64,000 nucleotides of DNA from Octopus sinensis (taxonomy: Eukaryota). The stretch lies in contig NC_043002.1 in assembly GCF_006345805.1 (NCBI RefSeq), forward strand, positions 47,678,001 through 47,742,000, read 5' to 3'. Below are positions 14,710 to 26,942 of the stretch, piece by piece (the stretch's first letter is position 1; every line of letters starts with the position of its first letter). Made by a program: the position numbers and the translations under genes. The notes beneath the pieces were generated by a model, which saw only the letters and a program-made list of their open reading frames with translations, did no database searches and was not told the origin of the DNA.

Positions 14710-15165
14710 GTGCTTTTTTACGTGCCACTTGCACAGATGCCAGAGGGGTCTGGCATTGGCCACGATCGGTTGGTGCTTTTTATGTGCCACCGGCACAGAA
14801 GCCATTCGAGGCGGGGTTGGCATCGGTCACGTTCGGATGGAGCTTTTTGTGTGCCACCGGCACAGAAGCCGGTCGAGGCGGCACTGGCAACGGCCACAGG
14901 TGCCAGAGGGGTCTGGCATCGGCCACGATCGGTTGGTGCTTTTTATGTGCCACCGGCACAGAAGCCAGTCGAGGCGGTGCTGGCATCGGCCATGTTCGGA
15001 TGGTGCTTTTTATGTGCCACCGGCACAGAAGCCATTCGAGGCGGGGTTGGCATCGGTCACGTTCGGATGGTGCTTTTTATGTGCCACCGGCACAGAAGCC
15101 AGTCGAGGCTGCACTGGCAACGACCACATTCGGATGATGCTTTTTATGTCTCACCGGCACAGGTA
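14710..15165. repeat. 67-bp GC-rich tandem repeat array in the RTE 3' UTR
   Basis: Units start at about 14710, 14773, 14840, 14936, 15003, 15070 and 15137, mostly 67 bp apart (one unit 96 bp). The conserved core tgtgcc-acc-ggcaca is a perfect hairpin in five units. Confidence 0.9.
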
Positions 15166-15233
15166 TCACAACTACTGTTTCCATTGATATTTGGTTTTAT
15201 GTCATGTACATGCACTTGACTCAACAGGTCTCC

Positions 15234-17072
15234 TCAAGCACAGCGAGATGTTCTGGGATCCAAGGTACTTTGAATGGGCAGGGGGTATGCGGAACTGGTG
15301 CTGGAAGCATCCCGGCTCTTAGTAGTCACAGCACATCTCCAGAGATCTCGGTCCTTCGCCATTGCCTCAATGAGGCCCAACGCTCTGAGGTCATGCTTGA
15401 CTACCTCATCCCATGTCTTCCTGGGTCTACCTCTCCCCCTGATTCCTTCAAATGTTCGGGAGTGGCACTTCTTCACACATCTCTCCTCATCCATCCGCAG
15501 TACATGACCATACCATCGCAAGCGTCGCTCTTGCACACCGCATCTGATGCTTCTTATGCCTAGCATTTCTCTCAGGGCGCTTACACTCTGTCGTGCATTC
15601 ACACTGACATTACACATCCAGCGGATCATGCTAGCTTCATTTCTTTCAAGTCTACGCATGTCCTCTGCAGTCACGGCCCATGTTTCACTGCCGTGAAGCA
15701 TGGCAGTTCGCACACATGCATCATACAATCTACCTTTCACTCTGAGTGAGAGACCCTTTGTTGCCAGTAGGGGTAGGAGCTTTCTAAACTTTACCCAGGC
15801 TATTCGTGTTCTAGTGGTGATACTCTCTGAGCATCCACCCCCACTACTAACTTGGTCACCCAGGTAGCGGAAACTATCAACTACTTCTAGTTTCTCTCCC
15901 TGGAGTGTGATGGAATCTGTTTTCTGAGTGTCTGTGGTGTCTATTGTCCCTGTGCATCTGCCGCACATGATAGCTATCTTATCAGTTAATTTCCCTTTGA
16001 TGTTGCTGCACCTCTTATGCGTCCATAGCTTACACTGGGTGCATCTTATGGAGTTTCTACCTACACCTTTCCTACAGCTCGAGCAGGGCCACCTGCCCGA
16101 TGGGGTGTGTGCTGAGTTCGCCTTTCTGCATACTATAACTTTGGTCTTCGCTACATTTACTCTAAGGCCCTTTGATTCTGACCCTTGTTTCCACACCCGA
16201 AATTTCTTTTTTAGTTCCGGTAGTGATTCAGTGATTCTGCTATGAGGGCCAGGTCATCAGCATAGAGGAGCTCCCAGGGGCAACCTGTTTTGAATTCCTC
16301 TGTTATTGCCTGGAGGACTATGATGAATAAAAGGGGACTGAGGGCTGAGCCCTGGTGTACACCTACTTCTACCTGGAATTCTTCACTATATTCATTGCCA
16401 ATCCTAACCTTGCTGACAGCCTCTCTGTATAGAGCCTGTACAGCCCTTATTAGCCATTCGTCAATCAACAGTTTCCGTATCGGCCACCAGATAAGGGATC
16501 GGGGAACCCTGTCAAAGGCTTTCTCCAAGTCCACAAAAGCTATGTAGAGGGGTTTATCTTTAGCTAGGTACTTCTCCTGCAGTTGTCGGACCAGGAATAT
16601 AGCATCAGTGGTACTTCTACCCGGCACAAAACCGAACTGCATCTCATCTAAGCAAATTCTCTCCCTAATGAGATGGGTCATGACCTTCTCTGTGGCCTTC
16701 ATCACCTGATCCAACAGTTTAATACCCCTGTAGTTATTTCTATCTAGAGCATCACCCTTGCCCTTGTAGCAGTTGACTATGGTGCTGCTACGCCAGTCAT
16801 TGGGTATGACTCCATTATGAACTACCTGGTTAACAATACGGGTGACTAGGCCATAGCCCGCATAACCAGCTGTTTTATGCATCTCAGCAGTGATACCTGA
16901 TAGGCCGGGGGCTTTACCTGGTTTCATATCCTTAATTGCCTTAACTACAAGGGAGCTGTCTATTTGGATAGCTGGTCCCTCTACTGGGTCAACATTTGGC
17001 AGGCTCTCCTCCTCCCATTCATTCTCCACATTCAGCAGTCTTTCATAATGGCTTCTCCAAGCCTCTTTCTTA
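15234..17072 (-). pseudogene. RTE reverse transcriptase ORF remnant, split by one 8-bp tandem duplication
   Basis: agtgattc is duplicated at 16222-16237. Removing one copy gives YADDLALIAESLPELKKKFRVWKQG in frame. Confidence 0.85.
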
Positions 17073-17109
17073 GATACATATATATATATACACATACAAA
17101 TATATACAG

Positions 17110-17490
17110 GGTGATGGATTGGCTCCCATGCCAGTAACATGTAAAAAGCTCCATTCGAGCATGATCGTTGCCAGCATCGCTTTACCCGTACATGTGCTGG
17201 TAGCATGTGAAAAAGACATTCGAGCCAGTGTCACCAGACAGGCTCCCATGCAGGTAGCATGAAAAACACCTTTTAAGCGTGGTCGTTGCCTGTACCAACT
17301 GATTGGGACTCATGCTGGTGGCACGTAAAAGCACCCACTACACTCTTGGAGTGGTTGGCATTAGGAAGGGCATCAAGCTGTTGAAACTTGCTAGATCAGA
17401 TTGAGCCTGGTGCAGCCTCTGGCTCACCAGTCCTCAGTCAAACCGTCCAACATATGACAGCACGGAAAGCGGACGTAAAACGATGATGAT
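17110..17490 (+). mobile_element. Older RTE 3'-end fragment (degenerate UTR repeats + tail), opposite orientation to the adjacent LINE
   Basis: aaaagcacccactacactc...ttaggaagggcatc...aaacgatgatgat on the + strand, preceded by decayed versions of the 67-bp unit. Confidence 0.8.
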
Positions 17491-17682
17491 ACATTCATAT
17501 ATATATACATATATATGCATACATATATATATACATATAATACATATATATATATATACATACATACACATATATACATACGTACATACATACACACATA
17601 TATATATATACATATATATACATATATATGTAAATGATACATATATACATACATATATATATATACATATATATACATACAC

Positions 17683-17716
<34 letters not shown>

Positions 17717-18284
17717 TATATATATATATAATATATATATATATATATGCATATATATATATACATATATGTATGTGGGAAAAAAAGTTCAAAAAAGAAC
17801 AATTCAAACTTTTTGAGAGGTTCAAAAAGAGAGAAGAATGATTTCTAATATAGATTCATCATATTCATAAAAAACAGCCAGAGCAAGTAGTAAATCCTCT
17901 TTTATATTAAATCTAATTTTGATGCAACATCTTTTTTTCCTCCATTCTACTACAATTTATAACGATATTTTTCAACTATACACACACACACATATATACA
18001 ATGATATATATATTCATATATGCATATATATATATACATGCATATATACATATACATATATACATGCATATATATACATATATATATATTATATATATAT
18101 ATGTATATATATATATATTTATATGAATAAAAAATATGAGTTAACGCAGGTGAAATCAAATATTTTTACTTTCGACACATGTTTCGAAAATTCCACTGAT
18201 ACTATTTTTGCTGCCCTGGTAACTATTTATTTGTTTTTTCCGTGTTAATTGTTAACAAGGTAAAAATACACTCATCTATATATA

Positions 18285-18327
<43 letters not shown>

Positions 18328-18442
18328 TATATATACATATATATATACACATATATATATATACATATATATATATACATATCTACATATATATACATCT
18401 ATATATATACATATCTACATATATATAGATATCTACATATAT

Positions 18443-18491
<49 letters not shown>

Positions 18492-18675
18492 TACACATAT
18501 ATATATACACACATATATATACACATATATATACATATATATATATACATATACATATATATATATATATATACATATATCTATATATACATATATATAC
18601 GTATAGATACATAGATACATATATATACATATAGATACATATATACACACACACATATATATATATATACATATA
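17490..18675. repeat. Cluster of three TA/CA-rich microsatellite tracts
   Basis: Tracts at about 17490-17772, 17985-18125 and 18275-18675. Confidence 0.9.
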
Positions 18676-19260
18676 TTGCTCTCATATACATTGCTATTCC
18701 TTCCCCTCACCTAAACACAACTCCTACACTGTCCCTTGAAATAGAAAATAGTCTTTTACGATAAAATGGTGAAACAGGTCAGTTCATCCCAAATTCTTTG
18801 TCAACTAAATATATTTCCTTCGTTGTACATATACATACTACCAAAATATGACCTTTTTGAACTTATAATTTTCTGTGTGTATATATAGATACTTCCAAAT
18901 ATATAGATAATCCCAATATTCTTTATGAACTTTTTAATAATTTTTTCTGTAAATTGTTTTTAACATTTTCTTATTATTATCAAAGAATGTATATATGTAT
19001 AGTGAATAAACATCTTTTAAAATTGCATTTTCAAACCTTCTTCCATATATATATATATACATATACATATATACACACTGCAACAAAATTTTTTCCTCAA
19101 CAGGCCCTGCCTATTTATCATTGTCCCAAAACTGATCAAAGCAGAAAGGATTCCATCACCTTTAAATGGAGTCTGAAGAAATTTCTGCAAGTAAAACCAG
19201 ATATATATGTATATATACACATACATATATATACATACATATACATGCATATATATATAT

Positions 19261-19293
<33 letters not shown>

Positions 19294-19359
19294 CTACATA
19301 TTTATATGTATTCACTCTGAGTCATCCTTTACCTTATTTCTGCCCACTGGCTGTGTATA

Positions 19360-20623
19360 CGAGGGACGTTCAATAAGTAATGCCTCTGACCCACTTGCAT
19401 GTGCAATCATTTATATCTCTATAGAGTAAGTGGCAAATTACAGCTCTGAATTAATTGTGGTTTCTGATTTACAGGTGTTTGAACCGAGTCAAGTGTGAAA
19501 TGGAGCCTGTTGAGTGTCGAGCAGTGATCCGGTTTTTGTATTTGAAAGGACGCACACCACGGGAGACTTTTGATGAAATAAAAGTAACTTATGGTGATGA
19601 TGCCCCATCATATGACCTTGTAAAACGCTGGCATCGTGAATTCAAACATGGTCGGAACTCTGTGGAAACAGCTCCCAGATCTGGTCGCCCCCTTCTGCCA
19701 TTGATGAGGCATCTGTCCGTCAAGTTGAGGCTGCCATTTTGGAAGATCGACGCATAATTATTCGCCAAATAGCCCATGAGGTCAAAATTAGTACCGGGTC
19801 TGTGGAAACTATCATTCATGACCATTTGCATATGCAAAAGGTGTCTGCCAGATGGATTCCCAGGTTGCTCACGCCTTTCCAGAAGCAAGAACGCGTCGAG
19901 TGCTCGAGGGTGAATTTGGAGATGTGCCAAGAAGATGAGTCAAAATTTTTCAAAAGACTGATTACACAGGATGAAACCTGGGTCCATCACGATGATCCAG
20001 AGACCAAAGCCCAGTCAATGCAGTGGAAGCACCGTGACTCACCCCCTCTAAAGAAGGCAAGGGTGCAGCCCTCCGCTGGCAAGGTCATGCTCACAGTCTT
20101 CTGGGACCAGGACGGAGTAGTGATGACAGATTTCCTGGCAAAGGGTACCACAATTGCAGGAGCCTATTATGCTTCACTTTTGAGGAAATTAAGAGAAGTT
20201 ATCAAAATCAAGAGGCGGGGCAAGATCAGCAAAGGCATCCTCCTCCTGCAGGACAACGCTCCGGTCCACAACTTGCTTGTTGCCAGATCAGAAGCACAGG
20301 CGTATGGCTATGAACTCCTCCCCATCCCCCTTACTTTCCTGACCTTGCACCCTCTGATTTTCACCTCTTCCCAATCATGAAGTTGTTTTTGAAAGGAAAG
20401 CATTTCCCAGATGATGCAGCCTTGATTTCTGAAGTCACGTTGAGGTTGGAGGACCAAGCTGGGTTCTTCTACAAAAACGGTCTCCAGAGCCGCATCAAAC
20501 GATGGGAGAAATGCGTAACTCTGGGTGGTTCCTATGTAGAAAAAGACTAATAACTGTGCCAAGTTTCGTTGCTCTACTGCTATGGGAAGTGGGTCAGGGG
20601 TATTACTTATTGAACGCTCCTCG
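19360..20623 (+). mobile_element. Full-length mariner (DD34D) transposon, defective
   Basis: TA-flanked TIRs: cgagggacgttcaataagtaatgcctctgacccactt on the left, its near reverse complement ending at 20623 on the right. Transposase motifs WIPRLL, TQDETW, LQDNAPVH and (Y)FPDLAPSDF give D-34-D spacing. Confidence 0.95.
19500..20550 (+). pseudogene. Mariner transposase pseudogene
   Basis: Runs from ATG at 19500 (MEPVECRAVIRFL) to TAA at 20548-20550, with two 1-bp frameshifts in C-runs near 19690 and 20320. Confidence 0.9.
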
Positions 20624-20687
20624 TAACTAACTAAATTGGACCGTTCCATGTTATCCTTGAGGTAGCAACTGATAATATATAGAAGCA

Positions 20688-20889
20688 CAGATGATGCAGC
20701 CTTGATTTCAGGTTGGAGGACCAAGCTGGGGTCTTCTACAAAAACGGTCTCCAGAGCTGCATCAAACAATGGGAGAAATGCGTAATTCCGGGTGGTTCCT
20801 ATGTAGAAAAAGACTAATAACTGTGCCAAGTTTCGTTGCTCTACTGCTATGGGAAGTGGGTCAGGGGCATTACTTATTGAACGCCCTCG
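20688..20889 (+). mobile_element. Duplicated right end of the same mariner, with a second right TIR
   Basis: Repeats ~20409-20623 with an internal ~15-bp deletion and ends ...gaacgccctcg-TA. Confidence 0.9.
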
Positions 20890-21029
20890 TATGTGCAGAG
20901 ACAGCCAAAACAAGCATTTGACCCAGACTGCCTTCTTCCAGCTGTACTGTTTGGCATTCATGCCAGAAGCTCCAATATGAAAATTCCAGAGTGTTTGGGT
21001 GTTAATCTCTGGAGAATGCAATCTGAGGA

Positions 21030-21654
21030 CATGTACCGAGCGTGATAAGAACCAAATATCCAGTCAACATCATGATATTTGGTGTGATTGCTAACGATAG
21101 AGATTTAATACTTCCATTCATCTTCCTACATGGCCTCAGAGTCAACACAGAAGCCTAAATCATGTGCCTGAAGGAGGTAGTGATGTCCTGGGTCAACAGA
21201 GTGGCTGCTGGAAGACCCTATGTCTGGCAACAGGCCTTGGCACCATGCCACACAAGCAGGAGACCCCAGTCATAGCTGTCAGACAAATTTTGAGATCACA
21301 TCACACTTAACATCTGGCCACCTAACTCCCCAGATTGCAACCCCATTGATTATTATGTGTAGATTGCAGTTATGCAAGAGACTAGCGAAACTCTGTGTAA
21401 CACCAAAGATGAACTGAAGGCAAGGATTATGGCAGTATTCACCAACTTAAACAAGAAGTTCATCCAGAAGAGTTGCAGGAGGTTTTGAAATCATTTGGAG
21501 GCTGCAGTTGAAACCAATAGCGATTTTATTGAATACATTTACTCTTTAGTATTTCAAGATACTTTTATGTAATTTTGGTAAATATATCTGCCAAAATGAG
21601 ATGTCAGTTTTATTTTCATTTTTACGTAATTTGGACAGCAGGTTATTCACTGCA
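21030..21654 (+). mobile_element. Decayed DD37D (maT-like) transposase 3' fragment
   Basis: RTKYPVNIMIFGVI...PYVWQQ(A)LAPCH...IWPPNSPDCNPIDYY...NHLEAAVETNSDFIE. There are 37 residues between the second (mutated) and third catalytic positions. Confidence 0.75.
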
Positions 21655-22901
21655 CAGGGGTTAGACAAAATAATGTAAACCTACCATCATAATTTTGAAA
21701 TATCTATAAAACCATCAAAAGCTTGTTTACTTTTATGTTTTTTGTGATTTATTATTAGTGTTGTTTGATATATTTTGCTAAAATTGCTGTCTCTTTTCGG
21801 ATATCATCAGAAAAAGGGAATTAAAATTCATTAAAATGACAGATCTATCGGACTTTCAAAGAGGTCAAATTGTTAGAGATTGTGTAACAGGCACAAGCGT
21901 AATAAAAACAGCTGATATGTTTGGTGTATCAAAAAGAGCTGTCTCGAAAGTAATGACAACCTTTGAGAAAGAGGGTAAAAACTTCCATGTTGAAACAAAA
22001 CTCCGGAAGAAAAAACTAAACCTTTCAGATAGGGACCATCAGACTCTTACGTGAATTGTTAGAGAGGATCACAAAAGTACAGCTCCCAAAACTACGCAGA
22101 GCTCATTGACAAACTCGAGAACCCAGTTTCCACAAAAACCTGCACACTGGGAGCAGCACAAAGCCGGATTTCATGGGAGGGCTGCAATCAGAAAACCACT
22201 ACTTTCAAAGACAAACATTGCAAAATGTTTACAGTGGAGTAAAAACCTACAAAATTGGTCCCTAGAGCAGTGGAAGAATGTTATTTTCTTGGATGAGTCA
22301 TTCTTTACTAACAACTGGCTGAATATATATGCAGAGACAGTGAAAAGAAGCATCTGACCCAGACTGCCTTCTTCTAACTGTTAAACACGGAGGAGGATCT
22401 GTGATGATCGGGGGGGGGGGGCTATATCTTGGAAATCCACTGGCCCAATGGTTTCCCTTCATGACAGAATTAATAGTCAAGACTATTTAAGCATTTTATC
22501 TCATCAAATTCATCCTATGGTTGCAGAACTGTTTCCAGAGGGAAACGCAATCTTTCAGGATGATAATGCACCAATTCACACAGCTAAAGTTGTTACTGAA
22601 TGGCATGAGGAACATTCTAGTGGAGTTAAACGTCTTCACCACAGTCCCCGGATTTCAATATCATTGAACATTTATGGTGCATTTCAAAGTTGATATCCTC
22701 CACTATCATTACTACAAGATCTGGAGACTGCTTTAGCTGAAGAATGGACTAAAATTCCTTTGGAAACAATTCAAAATTTGTCTGAGTTCAAACCTCCTAG
22801 AATTCAAGCTGTAATTACTGCCAAAGGCGGTCCCATCCTATATTAAAATAAATTTGTTTGAAAGAAATTTTAAAGTGTTTCCATTATTTTGTCCAACCCT
22901 G
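21655..22901 (+). mobile_element. Full-length Tc1-like (DD34E-type) transposon, pseudogenised
   Basis: TIRs caggggttagacaaaataatgtaaac and gtgtttccattattttgtccaaccctg-TA. Peptides MTDLSDFQRGQIV, AAIRKPLLS, WKNVIFLDES, IFQDDNAPIHTAK and NIIEHLW, with many frameshifts. Confidence 0.9.
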
Positions 22902-24254
22902 TACATAAGAACATATGAATATGAGTGCGTGTATATATATATATATATACATGCACACACACAAACATATACACACATACATATATATACATATGGATAT
23001 ATCTATCTATCTCTCTCTCTCTATATATATATATATACATACACACACATACATACACACACACCATATATATATATATATATATATATATGAACATACA
23101 TATATATAATATATATACATATGAACATACATACACACACACATATATATATATATATACACACATATGAACATATATATATATAGTTAATAAGAAAAAC
23201 AGAGGAAAGAAGGACAACAAGAAAAAAACAATACGAAGATGTGTTATATGCAAAGTATTAATAAAACGTTCAGAGAAGGAAAGAAAGGCTGTTTTACATT
23301 TTGAGCAAAACTCTTCTTCGGTAACAGGAGACAGAGAGAAGTCCAAGATAAATGGAAGACTGAGGAGCAAAATTGCCAACAGTCCACATGTGGTTATACA
23401 CACCCATGCATATATACCACATGCATTCACACCACCACATCTACTTCAGATAGCTTTAGTAGAGTTCATTCTTTTGCAATTATTCAAATCAGATCTTTGG
23501 CAACCCTCCACTCATGAGTTTACTGTAGACATTAGATCACAGACTTGGAAGTTCAGTAATCATCACACAATGCCCGCAATTCAGGACTGGGAGAGGGATG
23601 CAAATACCATAGGCACTGCTCCTCCTCCTCCTCCTTCAACAAATGTTTGGTCATATCATTTTGTAAAACCCCTAAATGGTCCATTGGTTTTATTTACACT
23701 GTCATGAAAACAGATTTGAAGAATAAAGAAATGGGTAGTAAGGAACTCATACTTTTCCTAAGAACTTTAGTAATTTTTCTTTGTATCAAGACTTAGACTA
23801 CCTAATAACTTAAAGCCATTCTCTAATAACTACACTAAATCTATGACAATAAAATGAGTTAATTCCCATTTTGTATTTATATACTTTAGAGTAATAGCAG
23901 TTCTAGAAAATCCTCTTAGAATGATGGTGATGATTACGATGATGATGTTGAGGACAAATGTTATGAGTCTCAAATTAAACCTGAAGTTCTGTTTGAGAAC
24001 CATCAGATAAGCTCACACAAAATCAATATGTGGAAGAAAATATAATAGGAATTAATACAGCTATTTTCTGATCTTAACATTGATGTCTGTGTTTAAAGAA
24101 TATGAGCTGTTTTGAAGAGTTTCACATCTTACACATTTACTTTTCAGTCTCACTGAAAAACGTAATGACATAAAACTAGTACATTCAAGTTTTTTTTTAA
24201 AGAAAATATGGTTTCTTTAGATTGCTTTATTTCTATTTTATGAATTAGGTTTAG

Positions 24255-24420
24255 ATGTGGTTGTGTGGCTAAGAAGCTTGCCTCCCAACCACGTGCTCAC
24301 AGGTTCACTCCTACAGCATGAAACCGTGGACAAGTGCCTTCTGCTATAGTCCCAGCCAAAATGGAAACTAATAAAAACCTGTTGTGTATGTATGTATGAG
24401 TATAAGTGTGTGTATGTGTT
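24255..24420 (+). mobile_element. SINE family A, 5' fragment
   Basis: gtgtggctaagaagcttgcctcccaaccac...ggaaact matches the copies at 7148 and 42957. Confidence 0.65.
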
Positions 24421-25556
24421 TCTGTGTGCATGTGTGTTTTAGTGCACACCTTTTGTATGGTTGTAAATTTGCATCATTGTTATACAAGAGATGTTGTTCA
24501 ATTCTAGTCTTCATGCCATAGAAAATCTGCTTCAATAAATTTTCTAACCAAATAAAGCGTGGAAAAATGGATGTTCAATGATGATGGATGTCATAATATT
24601 TATTCAGGTCAGATCCTCTTCCAAATCTTTGGACACCATGTTCTAGAATATTTACATCAATTGTTCTACAGTTTATAGACTAGTAAATTTTAATGTTTAA
24701 ATGGCTTCAGCATCAAACGCCCTTGGAGTAGCAATGCCTCAGTCAATGATATTGTTAATGTGTATTATAGGTTCAAAGCTACACATTTTTGTGTAGAACA
24801 GTTTATTAAATCACTGTCAGTACTGGTGTTTTAATTTATCAATCTAAGAAAGATAAAAGAGTAAACTGACCTTGGCAGAAAGAAAGGTTAAACTAACTGA
24901 TCTTAGCAGATTTTGATCGCAGAATATAAAAGGCCATAACTAAATACTGGAAGGTATTTTATCTGGTGCTCTAGTGATTTTGCTAATCATGTGTATTTAA
25001 CACCATATAAACTGACAAGGAACTTTTACTTTTACCAGTGATAGAAACAATAGATATATTACAGATAGAAGCAAATAATAGTGATATCATCACTGACAAA
25101 TAATCCATCAGAATGTGAATGATTCTAAAATTTATCAGTTACTTGGGCCACTAATTAGAAAGTTGATTCAATCCTCAAATCTTCATTGAACATAGGTATA
25201 TTAGTCATTACAGATCATGATTCAAGTTCTGTTGATCATGAATGATATGCCAAGCATACCAAACTTTCTGATAATTTACAAATGTTTTGTTGGCTATACT
25301 CATACTGTAATCAGTATTTCTAACTATCTGAAGAACCTTTAAATTCCACAAATATTTACTATGGTCCATATTTTTTTATAGAAAGAACGAACATTTTGAA
25401 GGAAGTACGTGTTATATGCATTACCTCTTTATAGCATACAGTTTTATAAATAGATATTTAGAATTACTGTGTGATTGTCTAGACACTTAATATTTAACTA
25501 GAGCTTGTTTATAATGCTTTTATTTTTTAGACAGTGAATAAATCCACTTGCACAAA

Positions 25557-26392
25557 TAATGATGATGATGATTATTATTATTATTATTTCCATTTTATTT
25601 CTCAGAACTCTTGAATTTACTTACTCTGGTAAATTCTGTAAAAGTAAACAGCAATCTATTGTTAAATGTCTTATAAGGTCTCTTTCCATGATACTCAACA
25701 CCCAAGTACCAATTTCAAAGTCCTTACTGTCCCCAACAGAACAGTTTTTAAGCATGTTCTACCCTCATACTAATTCCAATTTCTCAGACATATTTCTCAA
25801 ACCTGGTTGTTAGTGCTCCCATTGCCCCTAGAACTACTGGGATGACTGTTACCCTCTTCATTGCCCACAGTTGTGCAATTTTTTTTCTTTTAGTAGTTTG
25901 TATTTTTTCATTTTTTCCAGCTCTTTGTCATCCATGTGAGCATCCCCAGGTATGGCAATATCTATGATCTTGGTTTTTCTTCTTCCTTTTACCCACTACA
26001 ACATATCTGACATCCAAGCATCAATTTGTTAGTCAAACTGGATTTTAAAATCCCATAAGATCTTGTATTCATTATTGTCAGTGATGCCTTCTAGTGATGC
26101 CTTCTACCATTTCCATGTTCTTTCAAGACCACACAATCCCCAGAGAATCTCTTTGGGCCCGTTTCCTACACTCACTCAGAATGCATGAGATTGTTTTGTT
26201 TTTGCTCACACACATCCTACAATGGGGTGAATCATTGTTCATATTTATTTGGAACTTGGTGTAATTAGTTACACTCTATTGATACCGCTTTTAGGGTGCA
26301 ATTCCTTTTTCACAGTCATCACTTTCTTAGTCTTTCTATAAATTTTCTCAGGCTCATTCTTAGTCTGCCTAACAACATTTGTACTGTATTGC
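25557..26392 (-). mobile_element. RLE-type (R4/Dong-like) LINE 3' fragment with (TAA)n-like tail
   Basis: Minus-strand pieces: IYRKTKKVMTVKKELHPKSG, KILWDFKIQ, IIDIAIPGD (PD-(D/E)xK-type endonuclease), VIPVVLGAMGAL and TVLLGTVR. The tail ataataat... lies at ~25557-25590. Internal deletion present. Confidence 0.8.
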
Positions 26393-26393
26393 C

Positions 26394-26443
<50 letters not shown>

Positions 26444-26495
26444 ATTATTATTATTATTATTAATATTATTATTATTAATATTATTATTGTTATCA
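26393..26495. repeat. (TTA)n microsatellite
   Basis: Direct inspection. Confidence 0.95.
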
Positions 26496-26504
26496 TTATT
26501 CTTT

Positions 26505-26630
26505 CGAGGTTGACTTTGCCTTTCATCCTTTTGGAGTTGATAATTTAAGTACCAGTGAAACACTGGGTTGATGTAATCAACTTATACCCTCCCTTAAAAT
26601 GGCTCCTCTTGTGAAAAAATTTAAAACCAT
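26505..26630 (+). mobile_element. SINE family D fragment with conserved core ttgcctttcatcc...gataa...agtaccag
   Basis: The same core occurs at 60087, 60818, and inverted at ~59370-59510 and ~24820-24990. Confidence 0.65.
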
Positions 26631-26942
26631 TATTATTATCATTATTATTATTATTGAGTGAGAGAGTGGTGCATGCCATCAAAGTGACACTGGGGTAAAA
26701 TATATGAAGCCCAGCATAACCATCATGACTACCTGCCTGATAAGGGCACACCAGGTACATGCATCATAACTATATGTACATGACATGGTGATCTCGTGTC
26801 AAGATAAAGAGTGCATGACCTTGCAGGTGGGGCTCAGTTTGCATTTTCTTTAAGTTGAGTAGCCCATCCCATGCAAAAGGTCCCTGAATGCACATATCAT
26901 TAGCCACTAAGGGATATGCTCAACTGATTAAGGTCAAACAAA

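Larger units (their letters stand above)
14537..17072 (-). mobile_element. 5'-truncated young RTE-clade LINE: RT domain, C-terminus, 3' UTR with tandem repeats and (ATG)n tail
   Basis: ORFs 16211-17206 and 15234-16196 give NYRGIKLL, FVDLEKAFDRVPR, GVHQGSALSPLLF, LLYADD, FRYLG, LHGSETW and RLRWYGHVLRM, all typical RTE RT. The 3' end has the aaaagcacccactacac...aggaagggcatccagctg tail and (ATG)n at 14537-14560. Confidence 0.95.
19318..20945 (+). mobile_element. Short Tc1 fragment (19318-19359 + 20890-20945) split by the mariner insertion
   Basis: The joined flanks gagtcatcctttaccttatttctgcccactggctgtgTAtgtgcagagacagccaaaacaagcatttgacccagactgccttcttcc align to the neighbouring Tc1 at ~22290-22380 (gagtcattctttact...gcagagacagtgaaaagaagcatctgacccagactgccttcttc). 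Confidence 0.7.

Noticed and set aside
14710-15165. CRISPR-like appearance of hairpin repeats with variable intervening sequence
   Set aside because: The intervening parts are homologous to each other rather than unique spacers, there are no cas genes, and the array lies in a eukaryotic LINE 3' UTR.
14592-15563. Plus-strand ORFs over the RTE 3' end
   Set aside because: They are antisense or by-product frames of GC-rich tandem repeats and the RT coding strand.
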